Below are positions 29,037 through 39,230 of a stretch of 57,449 nt of DNA, in pieces (position 1 is the first letter of the stretch; each line of letters starts with the position of its first letter). The stretch lies in NCBI GenBank assembly GCA_021828445.1, contig JAJZJD010000001.1:1-57449 (forward strand), in the 5' to 3' direction. Under the pieces are notes generated by a model. It saw only the letters and a list, made by a program, of their open reading frames with translations, made no database searches and was not told the origin of the DNA. Position numbers and translations under genes: made by a program. Source of the stretch: a bacterium (GTDB lineage: Bacteria > SZUA-79 > Acidulodesulfobacterales > Acidulodesulfobacteraceae).

Positions 29037-30338
29037 ATGTCCCCAAGCATAGCGATAGGTATATTCGGCATTATTATAGTCATCGGCTTCATAGGCGAAA
29101 TACTTTTTGAATACACAAAAATTCCTTCTATTCTTTTTTTAATGGCGGCCGGTCTTTTGCTTGGACCGGTTGACCATATATTTAATCAGGGCGTTTTTCT
29201 TTCCTTTGCGCCTTATTTAAGCACATTAGTTTTAGTTTTAATAATGTTTCAGGGCGGTATAGAGCTTGATTTTTTAACAGTTTTTAAATCGTCCTATCTT
29301 TCCATGATATTGATAATAATAGGACTTTTGCTTTCTATTATATTGGTAGGGGGAGCGTTTTACGTAACGGGCGGCGGAGATTTGATGCAGTCTTTGATGC
29401 TGGGCGTGATAGTTTCCTGTTCAAGCTCTACGGTCATAATGCCTTTATTGCCGAATATCGATGCAACCGAAAAAAGCAAGACGGTAATAGCTATAGAATC
29501 CACGTTCAACGACGCTTTTGCAATAATTATTTTGATAGTTTTAATAGAAATAGCAAAAAATTCTTCCGCTAGTTTTAACGTCGGAGGCATTGCTCTGCAG
29601 ACGCTTTATTCTTTCGCCGTATCGGCGTTAGTTGCGGTTATTGCGGGAATAATATGGTATCCGCTTTTAAAATTTTTAACCAATACAAAGTTTGCATATT
29701 CCGTTACTTTCGCCGCAATGCTGGTTATAGTCCTTATTATGCATTATATTCACGGAAACGGAGCTATAGCCATACTAGTTTTCGGCATAATGATGGGCAA
29801 CGAAGATCTTTTAACCAAACTAAAGTTAAATTTTTTTAAAATGAGCATAAAAAATTCCGTCATAAAAAAATTTAACCATGAATTTTCTTTTTTAATCCGT
29901 ACGGTTTTTTTCGTGTTTCTTGGAGTGGTGGTAGAATTGACGGATGTCGGAGTAGAATTTTTTATAAGGCTTTTTGTAATAATCTTACTTATAATAATTT
30001 CGAGATATATAGCCGTATCGGCTATTTTTAAAATGCAGAATTTCAAAAAAGATACCGCCTCGGTACCAAACCGGTCTTCTGTTCCTACCGATAACGTTGA
30101 AGACGTTAAAAAAGAAAAATTTTTTATGCTATCCATGATAGGCAGGGCGCTTGCTACGGCTATTATGGCATATATGCCTTTAAACGCAGGTATCCCCGGA
30201 ACGTCTAAATTTCCCGAATATGCGTTTACCGTAATTATAGCAACGAATGTTCTTTTAACCGCCGGCGTGTGGTACGGTTCGCACAAATTTAAAAATAAAA
30301 CTGCGGAAACGGTAACTGCAAACGAAGCGGGCCATTAA
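29037..30338 (+). CDS. cation:proton antiporter (Na+/H+ exchanger family)
   Basis: About 11-12 TM helices, with N-terminal GEILFEYTKIPSILFLMAAGLLLGP typical of the CPA1/CPA2 fold. Confidence 0.7.
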   Translation: MSPSIAIGIFGIIIVIGFIGEILFEYTKIPSILFLMAAGLLLGPVDHIFNQGVFLSFAPYLSTLVLVLIMFQGGIELDFLTVFKSSYLSMILIIIGLLLSIILVGGAFYVTGGGDLMQSLMLGVIVSCSSSTVIMPLLPNIDATEKSKTVIAIESTFNDAFAIIILIVLIEIAKNSSASFNVGGIALQTLYSFAVSALVAVIAGIIWYPLLKFLTNTKFAYSVTFAAMLVIVLIMHYIHGNGAIAILVFGIMMGNEDLLTKLKLNFFKMSIKNSVIKKFNHEFSFLIRTVFFVFLGVVVELTDVGVEFFIRLFVIILLIIISRYIAVSAIFKMQNFKKDTASVPNRSSVPTDNVEDVKKEKFFMLSMIGRALATAIMAYMPLNAGIPGTSKFPEYAFTVIIATNVLLTAGVWYGSHKFKNKTAETVTANEAGH

Positions 30339-30460
30339 TCAGGTAATAGAAATTTATAAATTTAGAAATTTTCAATTAAAAAGAAAAAGTTGTATAATAA
30401 TACATCAAAACTATAAAGTGAAATTATATTTAATTAATGTGAATTAATGGAGGCAAAACA

Positions 30461-30880
30461 ATGGATTATGCGGTAATCGATACGGAGTATCAAAAATTAC
30501 AATCGGAGGCAAACAGCGTCGGCGATAAAATACAAAATTTGGCGGCTAAATTACAAAAATTACAGTCTTCCGGAAATCAGGATGCCCGCGAATGGCTTTT
30601 AGACCTTAAAGATATAGCTCTTTCCGTTCAGAGCGAGCAAAATCAGATGTTTTCTTTTTTGCAGACTTTACATCAAAATATTCCTCAAGTTAACGATCAG
30701 TGCTTTACTCAGCCGGTTCAAAATCAAGGTTATGCTAATCAGCAGCCGCAGCAATATCAGCAGCAACCGCAGCAAAAAAAAGGATTTTTCAGTTCACTCT
30801 TAGGCAGCGGATTCGGACAGGCGATTGAAATGGGCGCAGGTTTTGGAATAGGAGACGATTTAATTAACAGTATTTTTTAA
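30461..30880 (+). CDS. hypothetical Q-rich protein with glycine-zipper-like tail
   Basis: Good RBS (GGAGG). Coiled-coil-like N-terminus, a Q-rich tract (QNQGYANQQPQQYQQQPQQ) and a GFFSSLLGSGFGQAIEMGAGFGIG tail. Confidence 0.4.
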   Translation: MDYAVIDTEYQKLQSEANSVGDKIQNLAAKLQKLQSSGNQDAREWLLDLKDIALSVQSEQNQMFSFLQTLHQNIPQVNDQCFTQPVQNQGYANQQPQQYQQQPQQKKGFFSSLLGSGFGQAIEMGAGFGIGDDLINSIF

Positions 30881-31024
30881 TAAGAGTTAACAAAGAATAA
30901 TAAGAGGCGCCGATTTATTTTATAACTTAGTTAGTGCATTTGCAATTGTTGAAAGTTTTTAAATTAATGAAGCCGGCACCTCTTATTTATTCGTTATTAG
31001 TTTATTCTGCCATTATAGTTTAGG

Positions 31025-31363
31025 TTATATTCGTTTCTCTAATTCTTTAATCAGATTATATATAAATCTATTCGCTACGGCTATAAATACGGCTGCGGCA
31101 AAAACTCCCAAGCTTATTAGGAAATAGGATAAATATATGCCGTCCTGATGAGTCATAAAAAAGAAAGCACCTGCTCCTTCGGAAACAATAAATAAAAACA
31201 TGCAAAGCCACAAAATTTCTAACCATTTTCCCGTAAATCCGCCGGGAATATTTGGCCGCAAAATAATAGTCAAAACTAAATTGAAAATTATTATAAGGGC
31301 TCCAATTCCTACGATGACATAAAAAAGGTTTTTCATAGAAAATAAAGATAAGAGCGGAATCAT
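31025..31363 (-). CDS. small integral membrane protein (3-4 TM)
   Basis: Hydrophobic 112-aa ORF with an AAGGAGG RBS. TTGACA-N17-GATAAT promoter-like sequence on the minus strand around 31449-31477. Confidence 0.5.
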   Translation of the reverse strand: MIPLLSLFSMKNLFYVIVGIGALIIIFNLVLTIILRPNIPGGFTGKWLEILWLCMFLFIVSEGAGAFFFMTHQDGIYLSYFLISLGVFAAAVFIAVANRFIYNLIKELEKRI

Positions 31364-31507
31364 TCCAACCTCCTTAACAATTAATTAATAATAAAAATAA
31401 TAATAAAAATATGACAAAATTTGTTTAATTATCTAAGAGTATTTTTTATTATTATCTTAATTAATTGCAGAATTGTCAATGCCGAAAAAATTTTAATTTT
31501 AAAGGTG

Positions 31508-31544
31508 TTTTTAAAGGTGTCAGATTTATTTATTTGCTTACTCT
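31508..31544 (+). repeat. 37-nt repeat copy 2 (TTTTTAAAGGTGTCAGATTTATTTATTTGCTTACTCT)
   Basis: 36/37 identical to 8666-8702. Its 5' part lies within a tandem 12-mer duplication TTTTAAAGGTGT x2 (31497-31520). Confidence 0.8.
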
Positions 31545-31595
31545 CTATAGGGTTTACCGGTTATAGGCAAAATCATGAAGGAAAAGATTGCTGAA

Positions 31596-32735
31596 TTATT
31601 TTAATTTCTGTTTATATAAAAATAACAGTTCGTTATCGGTCAGGCATCTTTTTAAAATAGAAGATTCTTCTTTTATGATGGACAGCATACTTGCGGCATC
31701 TTCATCGGTTATTTTAATTCCATGTTTATTTAGATTATATTTTATTGCGGCTGAACCGCCGTGTTTTCCTATAAGCAGTTTTCTTTTTGAGCCTGTTAAT
31801 TCGGGAGGATATGCTTCATAATTAAGCGGATTTTTTAATATTCCGTCCGTATGGATCCCTGCTTCGTGATAAAAAATATTTCTGCCGAATATCGGCTTAT
31901 ATACCGGAATTCTTCTCTTTGTTATTTTTGCTACAAATTTTGCCAGTTTTTTTGCTTTTATAAAATCAAATTTTATTTTTCGGTTTTCTATAAAATTAAG
32001 ATAAGCTGCGACCTCTTCAAGAGCACAGTTTCCGGCTCTTTCGCCTATTCCGGAAATACTTCCCGATACGGAATCCGCACCCGCTTTTAATGCCGCGATT
32101 GAATTTGCGGCAGCCATTCCAAAGTCGTTATGAGTGTGAATTTCAAGCATTATATTTTTAAATTTTCCGCCGTTTTTGATTTTTAATATATCTTCGTATA
32201 TCTTAAGAGGATTTAATATGCCTACCGTATCTGAGTAACGGAATTTATATGCCCCTTCGTTTTCGGCAATTTTTATAATTTCGGCTATCGTTTTCAAATC
32301 TGTCCTGGAAGAGTCTTCTCCTCCTACCGAATATTTTACCTCTTCTTTGCTTAATATTTTTAATATATTTATAAGGTTATTTTTAACGTATTCAAAATTT
32401 TTCTTAAGTTTGTATTCTATATGGATTTTTGATATCGGAACCGATACATGTATAAATTTAAGCCCGATATCTAAGGACGCATAAATGTCTTCGGTCTTTG
32501 CCCTGTTCCATCCGATTATTTTTGCATTAAGCCCTAATTCGTTTATTTTTTTTACGGCGTTTTTTTCATCGCCTCCCATAATCGGTATTCCCGCTTCTAT
32601 CTCATTAAGGCCGGTTTCGTCGAGCATTTTAGCTATAAGCAGTTTTTCGTCTGCCGAAAAAACAATACCGGCAGTTTGTTCCCCGTCTCTTAGTGTCGTA
32701 TCGTTTATAATTAAATCGTTCTTTATATTATTCAT
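31596..32735 (-). CDS. nifV: homocitrate synthase (NifV-like; HMGL-family without LeuA regulatory domain)
   Basis: TTLRDGEQ near the N-terminus, HTHNDFGMAAANS, 379 aa. Divergent from nifH. Confidence 0.75.
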   Translation of the reverse strand: MNNIKNDLIINDTTLRDGEQTAGIVFSADEKLLIAKMLDETGLNEIEAGIPIMGGDEKNAVKKINELGLNAKIIGWNRAKTEDIYASLDIGLKFIHVSVPISKIHIEYKLKKNFEYVKNNLINILKILSKEEVKYSVGGEDSSRTDLKTIAEIIKIAENEGAYKFRYSDTVGILNPLKIYEDILKIKNGGKFKNIMLEIHTHNDFGMAAANSIAALKAGADSVSGSISGIGERAGNCALEEVAAYLNFIENRKIKFDFIKAKKLAKFVAKITKRRIPVYKPIFGRNIFYHEAGIHTDGILKNPLNYEAYPPELTGSKRKLLIGKHGGSAAIKYNLNKHGIKITDEDAASMLSIIKEESSILKRCLTDNELLFLYKQKLK

Positions 32736-32747
32736 AATTTTTATACA

Positions 32748-32763
32748 AGCATAATTTATGCCA
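32748..32763 (-). promoter_or_regulatory. sigma-54-type promoter-like element TGGCAT-N5-ATGCT (minus strand), 13 nt upstream of the nifV ATG
   Basis: Minus strand reads TGGCATaaattATGCTtgtataaaaattATG. GG-N10-GC spacing is correct, and the -12 element has A instead of T at the first position. Confidence 0.4.
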
Positions 32764-32985
32764 TAATTTAAGTCATCTTTTTAAAATAAATATATCCATC
32801 CCTTCTTATTTTTTTAGAGTCGGTTTTAATCCCAAAACAGTTTTTTGCTTAAGTTTGCTCTTTATTTAATCAATAGTGTTTATATATTAAGCAAATTAAT
32901 TTTGAAATTATTTTTTATTTCATTTTAAATTAATTAAAAAGTTTATAAAGTTAGAAATTATAGGAATGAGATTAAAAATAAACTT

Positions 32986-33001
32986 TGGCATGAATATTGC
33001 A
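32986..33001 (+). promoter_or_regulatory. sigma-54 (-24/-12) promoter TGGCAT-N5-TTGCA for the nifH operon
   Basis: TGGCATgaataTTGCA has correct spacing. It lies about 260 nt upstream of the nifH ATG. Confidence 0.65.
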
Positions 33002-33112
33002 AGATATTAAATTAAAGAAAAAATTAAAGAAAAAAATTTAAATGATTATCCAAGGAGTTAGTTATTAAATGAAATAAATATTCAATTTATATCTATTTTA
33101 AATATTAAATAA

Positions 33113-33146
33113 AGCGCAAATGGGCGCTTGCGGCAATGACGCCGCA
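33113..33146 (+). promoter_or_regulatory. two tandem hexaloop hairpins in the nifH leader (candidate ANTAR-binding antiterminator)
   Basis: P1 is AGCGC[AAATGG]GCGCT (33113-33128). P2 is TGCGGC[AATGAC]GCCGCA (33129-33146). The P2 loop has A1/G4 as in described ANTAR targets, and the P1 loop has A1 but T4. Confidence 0.5.
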
Positions 33147-33221
33147 ATTAAAGAGAGTTAAACTACTTAAAGTATTTGTTAAGTTTTTATATTCTCCTTA
33201 GTTGCGGCGTTTTTGTTTTTT
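33139..33221 (+). terminator. intrinsic terminator in the nifH leader, mutually exclusive with hairpin P2
   Basis: 33139-33158 pairs with 33191-33210 over about 20 bp, with one A/C mismatch and two G-U pairs. The core is ACGCCGCAA/TTGCGGCGT. It is followed by TTTTGTTTTTT, and its 5' strand includes the loop and 3' arm of P2. Confidence 0.65.
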
Positions 33222-33223
33222 AA

Positions 33224-34120
<897 letters not shown>

Positions 34121-34138
34121 TTTTAAGGAAACCAATAT

Positions 34139-35074
34139 ATGAATAACTATATAAATAATATAAATAAAGATAATAGCATGAAAAATCATTTTACGGCGGA
34201 AATTTCAAAACATCCTTGTTTTAATAAGGAAGCGTCGAAAAATTACGGCAGAGTTCATTTGCCGGTTGCAAAATCATGCAATATTTCTTGCAACTACTGC
34301 CACAGGGATTACGACTGCCAGAACGAATCCAGGCCTGGCGTAACGTCAAGCCTGCTTTCGCCGGAAGAAGCGGTAAACAGGATATATGAAGTAAAAAGAT
34401 TTTTAGGCGATATAAGCGTAGCAGCCGTTGCAGGTCCGGGCGACAGCTTAGCCGAGCCTTTGAATACTATGAAGACGTTTGAACTTGTAAAAAAAGAGTT
34501 TCCTGATATTATTCTATGCATGAGTACGAACGGTCTTAATTTAAGCGATAATTTAGAAGAACTCCTTGATACCGGAGTAAGGTTTATTACTGTAACTCTA
34601 AATGCTATAGACGTTTCCGTTGCACGCAATATTTACAGATACGTTGATTATAAAAATATTATTTATACGGATAAAGAAGCGGCTGAAATATTGCTTGAAA
34701 AACAGATTAAAGGAATAGAAAGAGCGGTTAAAACGGGTTTTACTATAAAAATTAATTCCGTGCTTATACCCGGTATAAACGATTTTCATATAAAAGATAT
34801 AGCAGAACAAGCAAAAAAACTTGGAGTATATCTTTTTAACGTTATGCCGATGATACCGGCAAAAAACTCTTATTTTGAAAAAATAGGGGTAAAAGGCGCC
34901 GTTAGAAAAGACGTTACGGATATAACTAAAGGCATTGAAGGCATAAATATAATGGAGCATTGCAGACAGTGCCGATCCGACGCTGCGGGACTTTTAGGCG
35001 AAGACTTAAGCGGCAAACTAATTTCTGAGAAAGGAGGTTTAAAATGCGAATGCAGCAAGAAGATGCGGTTTTAG
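34139..35074 (+). CDS. nifB: radical SAM FeMo-cofactor biosynthesis protein NifB (radical-SAM core only, no NifX-like C-terminal domain)
   Basis: HPCFNKEASKNYGRVHLPVAKSCNISCNYCHRDYDCQNESRPGVTS is the NifB signature (CxxxCxxC plus ESRPG). Confidence 0.85.
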   Translation: MNNYINNINKDNSMKNHFTAEISKHPCFNKEASKNYGRVHLPVAKSCNISCNYCHRDYDCQNESRPGVTSSLLSPEEAVNRIYEVKRFLGDISVAAVAGPGDSLAEPLNTMKTFELVKKEFPDIILCMSTNGLNLSDNLEELLDTGVRFITVTLNAIDVSVARNIYRYVDYKNIIYTDKEAAEILLEKQIKGIERAVKTGFTIKINSVLIPGINDFHIKDIAEQAKKLGVYLFNVMPMIPAKNSYFEKIGVKGAVRKDVTDITKGIEGINIMEHCRQCRSDAAGLLGEDLSGKLISEKGGLKCECSKKMRF

Positions 35075-35823
35075 GGTGCAAACTGTCAAAAAGTTTGAGT
35101 TTTTCTCAGGATGAAGAGCTTTATATCGCCACGAGCGATACTAAAATCAAAATGATAGAGGACTATGCGCCGTTTGTCGACAAAATTTTAAACGATATTT
35201 CTTATATTCCGAGAAATATTTTAGATTTAGGATGCGGTCCGGGTTATATAGCAAGAAGATTGAGCGAAGTTTTGCCGAATGCTACGGTTTTTGGGGTTGA
35301 TAAATCGCATGTCATGATAAATCATGCGAATAAAGCTATAAATGAATCGTTAAGAAATAATTACATTTTTCGTTCAGAATTTGAAACAGACGGCGGACCG
35401 CTTGAAATGTTTGGAAAAGAGCCGGATTATTTGCATTATTATGAGCCGAGGCTTAAATATATGATTGCCGACAGCGCCAATCTTCCGTTTTGTAATTTAA
35501 AATTTGATTTAATTTTATTAAAAGGAACGTATAAATGTTTAGAAAATAAGATAGATTCCCTCAAAGAGATGTATCGGGTTTTAAGCCACGGCGGTAAAAT
35601 TTTTATATACGAGTTCAGAAAAGATATTCCGGAAGATGAATTCGCCTTACTGACTAAACATATGAAGCCGCAAAAAGTAAAATCGCTAAGGCGTAAATTG
35701 AACTGCTCGTTAGATATAGAAGAATACAAAAATTATTTATACGAAGCGGGATTAGCTAAATTTTCCCTGATAGAAAACGACGGACTCGATTTAAAAATAA
35801 CTATAAAAAAACTGCATTTATAA
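35044..35823 (+). CDS. class I SAM-dependent methyltransferase
   Basis: Motif I ILDLGCGPGYIARRL, post-I FGVDKS, and later GGKIFIYEF. GGAGG RBS. Overlaps the nifB 3' end by 31 nt. Confidence 0.8.
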   Translation: MRMQQEDAVLGCKLSKSLSFSQDEELYIATSDTKIKMIEDYAPFVDKILNDISYIPRNILDLGCGPGYIARRLSEVLPNATVFGVDKSHVMINHANKAINESLRNNYIFRSEFETDGGPLEMFGKEPDYLHYYEPRLKYMIADSANLPFCNLKFDLILLKGTYKCLENKIDSLKEMYRVLSHGGKIFIYEFRKDIPEDEFALLTKHMKPQKVKSLRRKLNCSLDIEEYKNYLYEAGLAKFSLIENDGLDLKITIKKLHL

Positions 35824-35878
35824 AATTTATAAAGATGAAGTATGCATATAAAAAGCATAAAAAAGGAGGAAAAAAAAT

Positions 35879-36178
35879 ATGAGTATTATGGACGGCTTCT
35901 CCGGAGAAATAGATAATTACATAAGCGCTCCGCGGCGTTCCGGAGTAAAATGGGTTCCGCATTTTTTGATAGAATTCGATCAAGCTAATTGCATATCTTG
36001 CGGAAGATGCATAAAGGTCTGTCCCGGTGGTGTTTACGTTTTTGAAGACGACGGAGATAAAATGATAGTTAAGATAGATAATTTAGATAATTGCATAGGC
36101 GATACCTGCTGTGAAAAAGTGTGTCCTAAGAACAAGACGATGCATCTGCATAGATTTTCGCCGCTTGCGAAAAATTAG
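35879..36178 (+). CDS. small 4Fe-4S ferredoxin-like protein
   Basis: CISCGRCIKVCP (CxxCxxCxxxCP) plus an atypical second motif CIGDTCCEKVCP. Strong RBS. Confidence 0.7.
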   Translation: MSIMDGFSGEIDNYISAPRRSGVKWVPHFLIEFDQANCISCGRCIKVCPGGVYVFEDDGDKMIVKIDNLDNCIGDTCCEKVCPKNKTMHLHRFSPLAKN

Positions 36179-36239
36179 GATTAAAGAATGATATTTATAT
36201 CTAAATATGAATGTGAACTAATAAAAAAAGGAGTTTAAA

Positions 36240-37676
36240 ATGGCGGTTAATTTTAAAGAGCAAGAAAGTATAGTAGAAGATATTCTCAGCGTTTATTCCG
36301 AAAGAGCAAAGAAAAACAGAAAAGAACATATCGGCATTAACGATAAAGAGGCTTGCGGTTCATGCGTTGCAAAATCAAACGTAAAATCTCTTCCGGGCGT
36401 TATGACTCCGAGAGGCTGTGCATATGCCGGTTCTAAGGGTGTCGTCTGGGGACCGGTTAAGGACGTTATCAATATAAGCCACGGTCCTATAGGATGCGGC
36501 CATTACAGTTGGGGAACCAGAAGAAATTTAGCGGAAGGCGAGCCTGCGGTCGAAAATTTCGTTCCTTTTCAATTTACGACCGATTTTAAGGAAAGAGATA
36601 TAGTTTTCGGCGGGGATAAAAAATTGGAACAGGCAATAAAAGAGTTGCACGAGCTTTTTCCTACTGCGAAAGGAATAATTATAGAATCAGAATGCCCTAT
36701 AGGATTAATAGGCGACGATATTGAGGCCGTCGCAAAAAAAATGACGGACGAAATAGGTATTCCTATTATTCCGGTAAGATGTGAAGGATTCAGGGGAGTC
36801 AGCCAGTCTCTCGGACATCATATAGCAAACGATTCCATAAGGGATTTTGTAGTAGGAAAAGGCGAAATCGATAACGGCAAAAAAACGCCTTACGATGTTG
36901 CGGTATTAGGAGATTATAATATAGGAGGCGACGTCTGGTCGTCAATGAAAATATTTAAAGAAATGGGCTTAAACGTAGTTGCCCACTGGTCTGGAGACGG
37001 TTCTATAGAGGAAATGAAGATAACTCACGGTGTAAATTATAATCTTCTGCACTGTTACAGGTCTATGAACTATATAGCGACTCATTTTGAAGAAAAATAC
37101 GGTATTCCGTGGATAGAATATAATTTTTTCGGTCCCACCAAAATAAAAGAAAGCATAAGAAAAATAGCAAAATTGTTCGACGAAAACATTCAGGAAAAAT
37201 CCGAAGAAGTTATTAAGGCTTATGAACCGAAAATGCAGGAGGTCATAGATAAATATCGTCCGAGATTGGAGGGCAAAAAGGTAATGCTTTTAGTTGGGGG
37301 CTTGAGACCCCGCCATATAGTCGGCGCGTACGAGGATTTAGGAATGAAAGTCGTTTCTACCGCATACGAATTTGCTCACAACGACGACTATGAAAGAACG
37401 ACGAAAGAAGTTGAAAACGGAACAGTAGTCGCAGACGATATGAACGAGTACGAATTTGTCGAACTCGCAAACAGGCTCAAACCAGATTTAGTCGCTTCCG
37501 GTATAAAAGAAAAATATGTATTTCAAAAAATGGGAATACCGTTCAGGCAGATGCATTCATGGGATTATTCCGGACCGTACCACGGCTACGACGGATTTGA
37601 AATTTTTGCCAGAGATATGGATTTGGCGATAAACAGCCCGTCTTGGAAATTAGTTAAGCCGCTATGGAAAAAATAA
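36240..37676 (+). CDS. nifD: nitrogenase MoFe protein alpha chain
   Basis: [23 protein letters not shown] contains the FeMo-co Cys ligand. [33 protein letters not shown] contains the His ligand. P-cluster Cys motifs are also present ([31 protein letters not shown]). Confidence 0.95.
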   Translation: MAVNFKEQESIVEDILSVYSERAKKNRKEHIGINDKEACGSCVAKSNVKSLPGVMTPRGCAYAGSKGVVWGPVKDVINISHGPIGCGHYSWGTRRNLAEGEPAVENFVPFQFTTDFKERDIVFGGDKKLEQAIKELHELFPTAKGIIIESECPIGLIGDDIEAVAKKMTDEIGIPIIPVRCEGFRGVSQSLGHHIANDSIRDFVVGKGEIDNGKKTPYDVAVLGDYNIGGDVWSSMKIFKEMGLNVVAHWSGDGSIEEMKITHGVNYNLLHCYRSMNYIATHFEEKYGIPWIEYNFFGPTKIKESIRKIAKLFDENIQEKSEEVIKAYEPKMQEVIDKYRPRLEGKKVMLLVGGLRPRHIVGAYEDLGMKVVSTAYEFAHNDDYERTTKEVENGTVVADDMNEYEFVELANRLKPDLVASGIKEKYVFQKMGIPFRQMHSWDYSGPYHGYDGFEIFARDMDLAINSPSWKLVKPLWKK

Positions 37677-37745
37677 AATACATAAAATTTATAAAATTAT
37701 TTAGTTAAGCAATTATAATTATAAAATAATACCGGAGGCTTTATT

Positions 37746-39167
37746 ATGGAAAAAGAAGAAATTAAAAAGATAAAAGACTGGATGAATACGGAAGAATATA
37801 AAGAGAAAAATTTTAACAGAAAAGCTATAGTAATAAATCCCGAAAGGGCTTGTCAGCCGCTTGGAGCGGTATTGTGTGCCGCAGGTTTCGAAGGCACTAT
37901 GCCTTTCGTTCACGGCTCACACGGCTGCGTTGCATATTACAGAAACAATTTGTCCCGCCATTTCAGAGAGCCGTTTTCGGCGGTCTGCACCTCTTTGACG
38001 GAAGACGGCGCAGTTTTCGGCGGGCAGGCGAACGGATTTGAAGGCTTTAAAAATGCTGCTGCCCTATATAAGCCTAAAATGTTTGCGATATCTACAACTT
38101 GTATGACTGAAATTATAGGAGACGATCTTGGTTCTATCGTCGGGAATGCAAGGGAAAAGGGCATTTTAACAGAGGATATAGCGGCTCCGTATGCAAATAC
38201 GCCGAGCTTTGCAGGCTCGCATCTCGAAGGATACGACAGTATGCTTAACGCAATAATAGAAACTCTCGGTAAAAAAACCGATGCCGCCAAAACCGATACT
38301 ATCAATATAATTCCCGGTTTTGAAACTACAATCGGCAACATAAACGAAGTCAAAAGAATTTTAAAAATTTTCGGAATTAATTTTCTTGTTCTTGCAGATT
38401 ATTCGAACACTTTAGACAGTCCGTTAAACGGCGAGTATAAAATGTATCCCGACGGCGCTACTAAACTTGAAGACGTTAAAAATTGCCTGAATAATAAGGC
38501 TACCGTCGTTTTGCAAAAATATTCTACAAAAAAGACCTCTGCAACGCTTTCAGAGAAACTAAAGCAGGACGTAAGGATAGTTAAAAGCCCCATAGGAATT
38601 AATGCCACAGATGAATTTTTAATGACGCTTTCAGAAATATCGGGAAAAGAAGTTCCTAAAGAATTAGAGGATGAAAGAGGAAAAGCGATAGATTCTATGA
38701 CAGATGCTCAGCAGTATATCCACGGCAAAAAATTTGCTATATTCGGCGACCCCGATATGCTTGTAGGACTTACGAGCTATCTATTGGAAATGGGAGGGAT
38801 ACCGAAATACGTTTTATGTTCAAACGGTAACGAAGATTTTAAAAAAGAGATTGAAGATTTATTTTCGTCTTATTCGGAAAGCGAAGGCGAAGTTTATATA
38901 GATAAAGATTTGTGGCACTTAAGGTCTTTAGTTATGACTTCTCCGGTGGATATGTTTATAGGTCCTTCGCACGGCAAGTTTGCGGCAAGAGATGCAAAAG
39001 TTCCTCATATAAGAATAGGATATCCAATATTTGACAGGGTTAATATCCACAGGTATCCGATTTACGGTTATAGCGGGGTAATAAATTTAACGACATGGAT
39101 AGTAAATAAATTCTTGGATATATTGGACGATACTTGCGACGATGCTCATTTTGAGCTTATGAGGTAA
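37746..39167 (+). CDS. nifK: nitrogenase MoFe protein beta chain
   Basis: ACQPLGAVLCAAGFEGTMPFVHGSHGCVAYYR and TTCMTEIIGDD match NifK P-cluster regions. Confidence 0.93.
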   Translation: MEKEEIKKIKDWMNTEEYKEKNFNRKAIVINPERACQPLGAVLCAAGFEGTMPFVHGSHGCVAYYRNNLSRHFREPFSAVCTSLTEDGAVFGGQANGFEGFKNAAALYKPKMFAISTTCMTEIIGDDLGSIVGNAREKGILTEDIAAPYANTPSFAGSHLEGYDSMLNAIIETLGKKTDAAKTDTINIIPGFETTIGNINEVKRILKIFGINFLVLADYSNTLDSPLNGEYKMYPDGATKLEDVKNCLNNKATVVLQKYSTKKTSATLSEKLKQDVRIVKSPIGINATDEFLMTLSEISGKEVPKELEDERGKAIDSMTDAQQYIHGKKFAIFGDPDMLVGLTSYLLEMGGIPKYVLCSNGNEDFKKEIEDLFSSYSESEGEVYIDKDLWHLRSLVMTSPVDMFIGPSHGKFAARDAKVPHIRIGYPIFDRVNIHRYPIYGYSGVINLTTWIVNKFLDILDDTCDDAHFELMR

Positions 39168-39230
39168 GTTTGCTATAAAAATAATAAAAAAATTTGATAG
39201 CATCATAAAATTAAAAGGAAGTGATATAAA

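Noticed and set aside
29750-30286. 178-aa minus-strand ORF inside the antiporter gene.
   Set aside because: It is antisense to a coherent polytopic transporter ORF, with no RBS and no domain signal.
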